Positions 42,317 to 54,106 of a DNA stretch of 64,000 bases are shown here, piece after piece. Under the pieces are notes generated by a model. That model made no database searches. It was not told the DNA's origin and saw nothing but the letters and a program-made list of their open reading frames with translations. The stretch comes from Piromyces finnis finn (taxonomy: Eukaryota > Fungi > Neocallimastigomycota). Within the stretch, counting starts at the first letter, position 1; every line of letters starts with the position of its first letter. The position numbers and the translations under genes are program-made. Location of the stretch: contig MCFH01000021.1 in NCBI GenBank assembly GCA_002104945.1, forward strand, positions 558,001 to 622,000, written 5' to 3'.

Positions 42317-42610
42317 CCCTCTTGGGAACGTGCCTTCATTTATTTAATAAATGTAGTTTCTAAAGGGGGTCTACTCATGCTCATGGTACTGAGAGAGTAG
42401 AAAGAATTAAATCCAAGTATTGCGCAATGGATGCTTGGTGCCCTCTTAGGAATGTGCCTTCATTTATTTAATAAATGGAGTTTATCAAGGGGGTCTACTC
42501 ATGCTCATGGTACTGAGAGAGTAGAAAGAATTAAATCCAAGCATTGCGCAATGGATGCTTGGTTAGTCTTTAAGGGAAAATTATTAGGACTAAGCTCATG
42601 GTACTGAGCG
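42317..42610 (+). repeat. Tandem 124-nt hairpin-rich monomers (2 full + partial) at the LINE 5' end
   Basis: Units 42317-42440 and 42441-42562. GCTCATGGTACTGAG occurs three times (42379, 42503, 42595). Confidence 0.92.
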
Positions 42611-43213
42611 ATTAAAAAACATTTTATTCATCGAATTTAAGTATTTGATGAATAAGTTGAATGTTTGATACTCAGGTAAGTTTGTATAGTATTTAATTAG
42701 AAGAGTAATACATTTTGTTGCTGTATTTTTTTCTTTTATTCATGTATTCATGTAGTACTACTCTTCTCTTGTAAGAATCTAATGTAGTCAACTTTAGCAT
42801 TTGCATTGTATTTTTATATTCATGTAGCTATTGTTGTATTGTTTCTTGTAAGAGACTGATTCACTCTACATCATGTAAAAATACTATTCACAAGCTTTCT
42901 GGTGTCGACATTCTTGATTCAAATTTTTACAAATTTAAATATTTAATGAAAAGTAAAGTCAAACAATTTTAGTGTCAAAAAGCGAATCGAATTTACTAAC
43001 AACAAACCAAAACTAGAATTTTTAAAGAAAATTTACAACTAGAATTCAAAAAAAAAAAAAAGAAACTTTAAACAAAGCATCGTAACAATTTTTGTACTAT
43101 CCAGTACTTTTAAGAAGAGAGAGAGAGACAGATTTTTTTCCATATACGTTATATTTGTAATTTTTATTAGTATTTATTTTATATTCAATATTTTTTAATT
43201 AGAATTAATTATC

Positions 43214-46200
43214 ATGTCAGTCCTTTATATTAAAGATTAGAATTATATCAGACGTGGTACCCGGTCTTTTGGTATCCCCTTAGATGATATTCGCTCCTTC
43301 TTTATCCGTGGTATTCGATCATGGTCAGTAAATATGCTATGGGAAAAACTCGAGGTTATTCTAGAAGATAAATTTAATTCAGTTATTAGTGTTAAATATT
43401 TTCAGACTTTCAATGATCACTTTTTCTTAGTCAAGGTTCATGGTTCATCAAAAGATTGTATTAAAATCTTACACATGTTAAAGAAGAAACTTTCAGTTAC
43501 CTCAATTTCCTTTTCAGCTCGTAGTAGAAGGAATCACAAATACACTTTTTCCACTCTCAAACGTAAAATTTTAGTTTCTAATAAACATCAACATTCTATT
43601 CAACAATCATTTCAACAATCAGTTCAACAATCTCATCAACAATCCGATCTTCAACAAGATCTTCAACAAGATCTTCAACAAGTTTCCCATCATGAAAATA
43701 TTCCAGATCTACAGCAAACACAATTTCAATCTCAACATTCAACAATTAATTCTAATAGTTCTATCAACTCTGATAACAGTTCAATAGTTGATAGTTCTTC
43801 AGTTTCACAGCCATCTAGTAATAGTTCTACTTATTCCTCTGATGCATCATCCATTAATAACGATGACTTTAATAATAATAATAATAGCAACGATTCTTCC
43901 TCATCCAACAAGCCTGATAACTTTTCTTTTTGTCTTAGTTGGAACACCAATGGGTGGAATCACGAAAAGAGAGATAGTATTAGCTATTTCACAGCTATTT
44001 TCAAACCATTATTTTTATGTTTCCAAGAAACTGGTAATGGTTCTGGATCGAATACAGATTATCCTTGTCGTGTTACTTTGCGAAACTATAGACACTTTTT
44101 CAAGAAAGCTGACGAATCAGTTCCTGGAATGAGAGGTTTATATTTAGGTTTTCACAATTCGTGTCAAGCCTCACTTGAAAACTTCTCTGGAAAGTATATT
44201 ATTTCTATTTATACTTTTAGTCTCTGGAATAGATTCAAATGCTCGATTGGAAATGTTTATATGCCTCATAGTCATCACAACATCTATGTTGATCATGCAA
44301 AGTTAGAAGTTCGCTTGTGGTTACAAACTCATTCATCCCATCCATCGATTCTTGTTGGTGATTTTAATATGTCTAAAGTAAAATTATCCAACTGGTTATC
44401 AACTAATGGATTAGGAGATTGGGAAATTCTTCCGCTTAGAGGGTCTACTATCTCTTGGACTCGAGGTGATCAATCTTCCGACATTGACCATGCTCTTATC
44501 AATTCGAAGATGAAAGATCTTATTCACTCAGGATCATTTATAAATAATTTTTATCCTGTATCAGACCATAAGCCACTTCTTATTAATGGTAAAATTATTC
44601 CTATGGAAGATTTTTCTAATGACTTTAATGTTCCTAAGAAAATTCTGAAATGGAATAGATTAAAATGTATTGAGGAAAAGGAATCTATTCTCAGTCATAA
44701 TAAATTCCAAATACTTTCAGCAAAATTCAACGATCCTAATGTTTCTACAGATGAACTTTCCAAAGAGTTTACTTCAACTGCTTTTTCAATTGCAGACGAG
44801 CTCAGTATTACCTCAGCAAATAATGTTATAAAGTCTTCATTTCATATTTCACAACAAATTTTTAATCTTCAAAAAATCAAAATGAAGTTGTATAAGAGAT
44901 TTAAAAAAGAAAGAATTTATGATATAGATGAATTTATTAAAAGAATTAAAATCTACCGTAAGCTCATTGATTACATCCACAAAAGATGTAATGAATTTAG
45001 GAAACAAGAATATCTTCATTGGATTAAAACAGGATGTGAGTATATGAAGAGTCATAATCCTAAGAAGGCCTGGAAATGGATCAAGAAAACTGCAAAAATT
45101 GGAAAAGATTCTTTCTTTATTGCTCAACCAATTAAAAATAAAAATGGAGAATTAGTTGTTGCTACGGAAGAACAACTAGATGTGTGGCATGATCATTTCG
45201 AAAATCTTGCATCAGATCCAAGTGGTGTAAGTCTTGATTTGGAGCATTGGTATGAAGAACCAACGAATAAACGTTTTTCACTTCCTATGCTTGATGAGTG
45301 GGATATCAACCAAGATATTAGTATTGATGAAGTCAAGTCAGCTATCCTCTCTACTCCAAATTATAAAGCATCAGGTCCGGATGGTATTCCAATTGAATTT
45401 TACAAAGCATTAATTCCATCAAGTAATGATTCTAATAATGCTACAGGTAATAATTCTTCTGGTAATACTACTTCAGATAATGATGCTCATGGTTTAAATT
45501 TTATTCTTAAATTATTTAACCGTATTTGGGATGGAGATTTCCCCAACTCATGGAATGAATCCAGTATTGTTTCTATTCCTAAGAAGGGAGATTTGACAGA
45601 TTGTGATAACTATCGAGGTATATCACTTATCAATAATGGTATTAAGTTGATTCCAAAATTGTCACCACTAGAATCTCAGAATATGGTCTAAAGAATAATT
45701 TCATTAGACCTGAACAATTTGGTTTTCGAAAAAAGGAAGAAAGTATCAGTCTTTTCATTTCAATCCAAGAAATATGCCGTAGACGTCAATTAGATAATAA
45801 AGAGACATATTTGGCCTTTTTAGATCTCAGGAAAGCATACGATTCAGTCCCAATCGGTAATATTCTCCATAAATTAGATTGTTTAGGAATCCGAGGTAAG
45901 AGTTTACAATTTATCAAAAATTTATATTTAACATCTAAGGCTAATGTCAAATTAGATGGACAATTCTCGAAATCTTTTGATGTGAAGAAAGGAGTCCGTC
46001 AAGGTTGCCCACTTTCGCCTATTCTTTTAATCTCTTTATTAATGATATATTTAAAGAGTGTGAAGATCTCGGAGCAGTTTAGGTGACACTCGATGCTGTG
46101 GTGGACTTTTTGCAGATGATATAGTTATTTGTGCTCCAACAAGAGGATGCTTAAAAAAGATGCTTAGAAGAGTTAATGAATGGGCCTTGTATAATGAAAT

Positions 46201-47807
46201 GGAATTTGGTATCCAGAAATGTTCAACGATGGTGATTCGTCCTGAATCAATAGAAAATCAGAACAAGAGAGATCCAACATTTTACTTAGCAGGACAACCC
46301 ATTCCAACTACTGACTGCTACACTTATCTTGGTGTTCCATTTGATAAGAATTTGTCCCTTAAACCAGTAATTAAAGTTCTTAATAACAAGGTTTTGAAAG
46401 GACTTTTCTCAGTCAGTAAATTCTTAAGAAATCCTAATATTCCTATTCCTTTCAAAAAACTAGTACTTAACTCTCAAGTGATTAGCAGAGTTTCATACTT
46501 TGCACCATTACTTGGATCCAACAAAGCTAGGTCTAGGATTGCTCAGAAGCATGTTAACAAAGGAATACGATGGGTTGCCGGAGTTCATAAAGCTGTATCG
46601 TTTATATCTTTATACTCTATCTCAAAAGATTTGAATATTCCTCCATTGTCAGCCAAATGTGCGTTAGCTCAGGTTAGATGTTTTAACAAATGGAAAAACT
46701 CAAATTGTATTATCTCACACCTTGTCAATTACATTCCTAAATTTAGAAAATACACGTGGTGCAAATCAAGTAGGACACTTGATAAAAAACTAAAGAAGCA
46801 TGGAGATGTTAAAGCAGTTAAAAACTTTTATTGGAAAGATCTCAAAGGGAATTCAATCAAAGCGCAATATTATGATGATAATAAATTTATTGAAACTAAA
46901 GATTTTATTAAATTATGTTATGAGTACCCAGAGTTTGCCTATGGCTTCTACTGGCTATTGAAAGCAAGAAGCGGATATAAGTTGGATGCTAGAGTTGCCA
47001 AAGCTGCTAAATTTGTTGATCCAGTTTGTCCTAACTACTGTCCATGTTGCAAGTGTGGAGATCAAAGTATTAAACATTGGTTATTAGATTGTCCAACATT
47101 TAGAGATATCCGTATTAAACATTATGATTCCATAGTCCAGCTATTAAATTTTTTCAGTCAACGTAATTCCAATAGTCCTATCAATAATAATGAAATTGAT
47201 AATGTCAGTAGAGATAGCAATAACAGTAATAGTAATAGTAACAATAATAATAAAATAGTAATATAACAATAGTAATAATAACAATAGTAATAATAGAAAT
47301 AGTAATAATAACAATAGTAATAGAAATAATAATATTAATAATGATAGCAATAGTGAAGATAATAATTCTAATTTAGATAGTAATTTAGTTAATGATAGTA
47401 ATAGTTCTAATAATCCGGTGAATATTAATGTGTATGATTATTCTAGTGTGTGCAGTAAAATATTTAAATTCCTTCTTGGGGGAAGAAGTTTTAACAATAT
47501 TAATTACAATTCAAGGGAATGGAAAGAACTTTGTAAGCGTCAGATTCAATCTGGTACTAATGAAGGAACACCATTCTTGACGGTAACCGCGGAACTTCTA
47601 ACCAAAATCATGCCTTTTGCTATTGGCCAGCAATGGTCAATGTTCAAAAGGTTTGAAGCAACATCCAAGAGCGTCAATGCTGAAGAAACAGTAAGACAGG
47701 CCAGGAGGCCAGCGCAACCAATGGAGATCATAATTTTGTTCCATGACAAAATTTTGATCTTTGGCTCGGTGTCCCATTGGAAGTCAAATACAATTATTAT
47801 ACTTTAG
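43214..47807 (+). pseudogene. LINE single long ORF (putative RRM + APE + RT + CCHC), interrupted in this assembly
   Basis: ATG at 43214 is in frame with ORF 43334-45691 but has a TAG at codon 9 (AAG in the inverted copy). Frameshifts at ~45655, ~46030-46075 and ~47270. Those at ~45655 and ~46030 are open in the inverted copy, so combining the copies suggests one ~1500-aa ORF. Confidence 0.75.
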
Positions 47808-48009
47808 TATATAGTGGCTTTCTTACTTTAATTAAAATTACTAGAATACATTATACCAATTTTTATTCATTTGTTTTATTTAACATATTTTTTTTTTTTT
47901 ATTTTTTTAATTTTTTATTATTATAATTTTAATTAAATTAATAATAAATTAAAAATAAAAAAAAAAAATATTTTAAAAAAATATAAATGTAAATTAGTAA
48001 TTTTAATAA

Positions 48010-51000
48010 AGTAAGAAACCACTATATACTAAGTATAATAATTGTATTTGACTTCCAATGGGACACCGAGCCAAAGATCAAAATTTTTCATGGAACAAAT
48101 TATGATCTCCATTGGTTGCGCTGGCCTCCTGGCCTGTCTTACTGTTTCTTCAGCATTGACGCTCTTGGATGTTGCTTCAAACCTTTTGAACATTGACCAT
48201 TGCTGGCCAATAGCAAAAGGCATGATTTTGGTTAGAAGTTCCGCGGTTACCGTCAAGAATGGTGTTCCTTCATTAGTACCAGATTGAATCTGACGCTTAC
48301 AAAGTTCTTTCCATTCCCTTGAATTGTAATTAATATTGTTAAAACTTCTTCCCCCAAGAAGGAATTTAAATATTTTACTGCACACACTAGAATAATCATA
48401 CACATTAATATTCACCGGATTATTAGAACTATTACTATCATTAACTAAATTACTATCTAAATTAGAATTATTATCTTCACTATTGCTATCATTACTAATA
48501 TTATTATTTCTATTACTATTGTTATTATTACTATTTTATTATTACTATTGTTATATTACTATTGTTATTATATATTGTTACTATTACTATTACTGTTATT
48601 GCTATCTCTACTGATATTATCAATTTCATTATTATTGATAGGACTATTGGAATTACGTTGACTGAAAAAATTTAATAGCTGGACTATGGAATCATAATGT
48701 TTAATACGGATATCTCTAAATGTTGGACAATCTAATAACCAATGTTTAATACTTTGATCTCCACACTTGCAACATGGACAGTAGTTAGGACAAACTGGAT
48801 CAACAAATTTAGCAGCTTTGGCAACTCTAGCATCCAACTTGTATCCGCTTCTTGCTTTCAATAGCCAGTAGAAGCCATAGGCAAACTCTGGGTACTCATA
48901 ACATAATTTAATAAAATCTTTAGTTTCAATAAATTTATTATCATCATAATATTGCGCTTTGATTGAATTCCCTTTGAGATCTTTCCAATAAAAGTTTTTA
49001 ACTGCTTTAACATCTCCATGTTCTTTAGTTTTTTATCAAGTGTCCTACTTGATTTGCACCACGTGTATTTTCTAAATTTAGGAATGTAATTGACAAGGTG
49101 TGAGATAATACAATTTGAGTTTTTCCATTTGTTAAAACATCTAACCTGAGCTAACGCACATTTGGCTGACAATGGAGGAATATTCAAATCTTTTGAGATA
49201 GAGTATAAAGATATAAACGATACAGCTTTATGAACTCCGGCAACCCATCGTATTCCTTTGTTAACATGCTTCTGAGCAATCCTAGACCTAGCTTTGTTGG
49301 ATCCAAGTAATGGTGCAAAGTATGAAACTCTGCTAATCACTTGTGAGTTAAGTACTAGTTTTTTGAAAGGAATAGGAATATTAGGATTTCTTAAGAATTT
49401 ACTGACTGAGAAAAGTCCTTTCAAAACCTTGTTATTAAGAGCTTTAATTACTGGTTTAAGGGACAGATTCTTATCAAATGGAACACCAAGATAAGTATAG
49501 CAATCAGTAGTTGGAATGGGTTGTCCTGCTAAGTAAAATGTTGGATCTCTCTTGTTCTGATTTTCTATTGATTCAGGACGAATCACCATCGTTGAACATT
49601 TCTGGATACCAAATTCCATTTCATTATACAAGGCCCATTCATTAACTCTTCTAAGCATCTTTTTTAAGCATCCTCTTGTTGGAGCACAAATAACTATATC
49701 ATCTGCAAAAAGTCCACCACAGCATCGAGTGTCACCTAAACTGACTCCTAGATCTTCGCACTCTTAAATATATCATTAATAAAGAGATTAAAGAGAATAG
49801 GAGAAAGAGGGCAACCTTGACGGACTCCTTTCTTCACATCAAAAGATTTCGAGAATTGTCCATCTAATTTGACATTAGCCTTAGATGTTAAATATAAATT
49901 TTTGATAAATTGTAAACTCTTACCTCGGATTCCTAAACAATCTAATTTATGGAGAATATTACCGATTGGGACTGAATCGTATGCTTTCCTGAGATCTAAA
50001 AAGGCCAAATATGTCTCTTTATTATCTAATTGACGTCTACGGCATATTTCTTGGATTGAAATGAAAAGACTGATACTTTCTTCCTTTTTTCGAAAACCAA
50101 ATTGTTCAGGTCTAATGAAATTATTCTTTAGACCATATTCTGAGATTCTAGTGGTGACAATTTTGGAAATCAACTTAATACCATTATTGATAAGTGATAT
50201 ACCTCGATAGTTATCACAATCTGTCAAATCTCCCTTCTTAGGAATAGAAACAATACTGGATTCATTCCATGAGTTGGGGAAATCTCCATCCCAAATACGG
50301 TTGAATAATTTAAGAATAAAATTTAAACCATGAGCATCATTATCTGAAGTAGTATTACCAGAAGAATTATTATCTGTAGCATTATTAGAATCATTACTTG
50401 ATGGAATTAATGCTTTGTAAAATTCAATTGGAATACCATCCGGACCTGATGCTTTATAATTTGGAGTAGAGAGGATAGCTGACTTGACTTCATCAATACT
50501 AATATCTTGGTTGATATCCCACTCATCAAGCATAGGAAGTGAAAAACGTTTATTCGTTGGTTCTTCATACCAATGCTCCAAATCAAGACTTACACCACTT
50601 GGATCTGATGCAAGATTTTCGAAATGATCATGCCACACATCTAGTTGTTCTTCCGTAGCAACAACTAATTCTCCATTTTTATTTTTAATTGGTTGAGCAA
50701 TAAAGAAAGAATCTTTTCCAATTTTTGCAGTTTTCTTGATCCATTTCCAGGCCTTCTTAGGATTATGACTCTTCATATACTCACATCCTGTTTTAATCCA
50801 ATGAAGATATTCTTGTTCCTAAATTCATTACATCTTTTGTGGATGTAATCAATGAGCTTACGGTAGATTTTAATTCTTTTAATAAATTCATCTATATCAT
50901 AAATTCTTTCTTTTTTAAATCTCTTATACAACTTCATTTTGATTTTTTGAAGATTAAAAATTTGTTGTGAAATATGAAATGAAGACTTTATAACATTATT

Positions 51001-53567
51001 TGCTGAGGTAATACTGAGCTCGTCTGCAATTGAAAAAGCAGTTGAAGTAAACTCTTTGGAAAGTTCATCTGTAGAAACATTAGGATCGTTGAATTTTGCT
51101 GAAAGTATTTGGAATTTATTATGACTGAGAATAGATTCCTTTTCCTCAATACATTTTAATCTATTCCATTTCAGAATTTTCTTAGGAACATTAAAGTCAT
51201 TAGAAAAATCTTCCATAGGAATAATTTTACCATTAATAAGAAGTGGCTTATGGTCTGATACAGGATAAAAATTATTTATAAATGATCCTGAGTGAATAAG
51301 ATCTTTCATCTTCGAATTGATAAGAGCATGGTCAATGTCGGAAGATTGATCACCTCGAGTCCAAGAGATAGTAGACCCTCTAAGCGGAAGAATTTCCCAA
51401 TCTCCTAATCCATTAGTTGATAACCAGTTGGATAATTTTACTTTAGACATATTAAAATCACCAACAAGAATCGATGGATGGGATGAATGAGTTTGTAACC
51501 ACAAGCGAACTTCTAACTTTGCATGATCAACATAGATGTTGTGATGACTATGAGGCATATAAACATTTCCAATCGAGCATTTGAATCTATTCCAGAGACT
51601 AAAAGTATAAATAGAAATAATATACTTTCCAGAGAAGTTTTCAAGTGAGGCTTGACACGAATTGTGAAAACCTAAATATAAACCTCTCATTCCGGAACTG
51701 ATTCGTCAGCTTTCTTGAAAAAGTGTCTATAGTTTCGCAAAGTAACACGACAAGGATAATCTGTATTCGATCCAGAACCATTACCAGTTTCTTGGAAACA
51801 TAAAAATAATGGTTTGAAAATAGCTGTGAAATAGCTAATACTATCTCTCTTTTCGTGATTCCACCCATTGGTGTTCCAACTAAGACAAAAAGAAAAGTTA
51901 TCAGGCTTGTTGGATGAGGAAGAATCGTTGCTATTATTATTATTATTAAAGTCATCGTTATTAATGGATGATGCATCAGAGGAATAAGTAGAACTATTAC
52001 TAGATGGCTGTGAAACTGAAGAACTATCAACTATTGAACTGTTATCAGAGTTGATAGACTATTAGAATTAATTGTTGAATGTTGAGATTGAAATTGTGTT
52101 TGCTGTAGATCTGGAATATTTTCATGATGGGAAACTTGTTGAAGATCTTGTTGAAGATCTTGTTGAAGATCGGATTGTTGATGAGATTGTTGAACTGATT
52201 GTTGAAATGATTGTTGAATAGAATGTTGATGTTTATTAGAAACTAAAATTTTACGTTTGAGAGTGGAAAAAGTGTATTTGTGATTCCTTCTACTACGAGC
52301 TGAAAAGGAAATTGAGGTAACTGAAAGTTTCTTCTTTAACATGTGTAAGATTTTAATACAATCTTTGATGAACCATGAACCTTGACTAAGAAAAAGTGAT
52401 CATTGAAAGTCTGAAAATATTTAACACTAATAACTGAATTAAATTTATCTTCTAGAATAACCTCGAGTTTTTCCCATAGCATATTTACTGACCATGATCG
52501 AATACCACGGATAAAGAAGGAGCGAATATCATCTAAGGGGATACCATAAGACCGGGTACCACGTCTGATATAATTCTTATCTTTAATATAAAGGACTGAC
52601 ATGATAATAATTCTAATTAAAAAATATTGAATATAAAATAAATACTAATAAAAATTAAAATATAACGTATATGGAAAAAAATCTGTCTCTCTCTCTCTTC
52701 TTAAAAGTACTGGATAGTACAAAAATTGTTACGATGCTTTGTTTAAAGTTTCTTTTTTTTGAATTCTAGTTGTAAATTTTCTTTAAAAATTCTAGTTTTG
52801 GTTTGTTGTTAGTAAATTCGATTCGCTTTTTGACACTAAAATTGTTTGACTTTACTTTTCATTAAATATTTAAATTGGTAAAAAATTTGAATCAAGAATG
52901 TCGACACCAGAAAGCTTGTGAATAGTATTTTTACATGATGTAGAGTGAATCAGTCTCTTACAAGAAACAATACAACAATAGCTACATGAATATAAAAATA
53001 CAATGCAAATGCTAAAGTTGACTACATTGGATTCTTACAAGAGAAGAGTAGTACTACATGAATACATGAATAAAAGAAAAAATACAGCAACAAAATGTAT
53101 TACTCTTCTAATTAAATACTATACAAACTTACCTGAATATCAAACATTCAACTTATTCATCAAATACTTAAATTCGATGAATAAAATGTTTTTTAATCGC
53201 TCAGTACCATGAGCTTAGTCCTAATAATTTTCCCTTAAAGACTAACCAAGCATCCATTGCGCAATGCTTGGATTTAATTCTTTCTACTCTCTCAGTACCA
53301 TGAGCATGAGTAGACCCCCTTGAAAACTCCATTATTAAATAAATGAAGGCACGTTCCTAAGAGGGCACCAAGCATCCATTGCGCAATACTTGGATTTAAT
53401 TCTTTCTACTCTCTCAGTACCATGAGCATGAGTAGACCCCCTTGAGAAACTACATTTATTAAATAAATGAAGGCACGTTCCCAAGAGGGTTCTTCAATAA
53501 TGACGCTCTTGGATGTTGCTTCAAACCTTTTGAATATTGACCATTGCTGGCCAATAGCAAAAGGCAT
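48010..53567 (-). mobile_element. Inverted second copy of the LINE, tail-to-tail with copy 1, frameshifted
   Basis: ORF fragments 52336-52602, 52031-52342, 50773-51690, 49748-50776, 48858-49658, 48568-48861 and 48029-48415 reproduce the same protein. The 124-nt monomers lie at ~53200-53490. Confidence 0.93.
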
Positions 53568-54106
53568 TAAAATATTATTACTATCATCTCTACTGATATA
53601 ACAAAAAAAAAAAATAATATTCTAATAAGATATTCAATATTATATCTCAATTACTTTTAATAAACAATAAAAAAATGTTTTTTATATTTACAATAATAAT
53701 TTTATTTATATATTAAATAAAATAAATTATAAATGAATGAAATTAAAATAATGATAATTTTTTAAAAGGAATCTATAAAAAACAAGTAATAAAATTTTAT
53801 ACACTTTATATTTTATTTTTTGATATTTTTATTATTGTCGCTTTATTTTTTCTTAAAATGTTTTATTAAAAAAATAAAAATTTGATTATATTACGGATTA
53901 ATTAAATAAAAATTGATTAGAATCGTTAATTCAATATTAATAAATATTTAAATATATGGATAATAAATAATTAATTAAAATATAAATATATTAAATAAAT
54001 AAAATAATTAAAAAAAGTATTTTAATGTTAATATTAAAATGTTAAATAAAATCTACAGATATCCCATGAATTAAACCTATTTTCAATGATCATCCCTTCA
54101 TCCTCT

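Larger units (their letters stand above)
42239..47830 (+). mobile_element. APE-type non-LTR retrotransposon (LINE), copy in forward arm; boundaries approximate
   Basis: APE motifs WNTNG, CFQET, GDFN, DIDH, SDHKP. RT motifs KASGPDG, NYRGISL, QFGFR, FLDLRKAYDSV, GVRQGCPLSP, LFADD. C-terminal CPCCKCGDQSIKHWLLDC. About 1 kb of 5' UTR. Confidence 0.93.
35197..47930 (+). repeat. Copy 1 (forward arm) of a ~12.7-kb forward/inverted/forward triplicated segment
   Basis: Reverse-complement match to 47935-60470 throughout. The first 3.6 kb recur in direct orientation at 60465-64000. Confidence 0.95.

Noticed and set aside
42317-42610. Hammerhead, HDV-like, twister or pistol ribozyme call for the 124-nt monomers
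   Set aside because: No CUGANGA...GAAA core on either strand (CTGAGAGAG does not fit), no HDV P1/P3/L3 nested pseudoknot, and no twister or pistol consensus. Kept as an unassigned structured motif.
42317-42610. CRISPR-like array
   Set aside because: The units are contiguous near-identical monomers without unique spacers, there are no cas genes, and the context is eukaryotic.
42180-47860. Target-site duplication for the LINE
   Set aside because: Only loose AT similarity (TAGAATATTAT versus TAGAATACATTAT), and the 3' flank is confounded by the palindrome centre.
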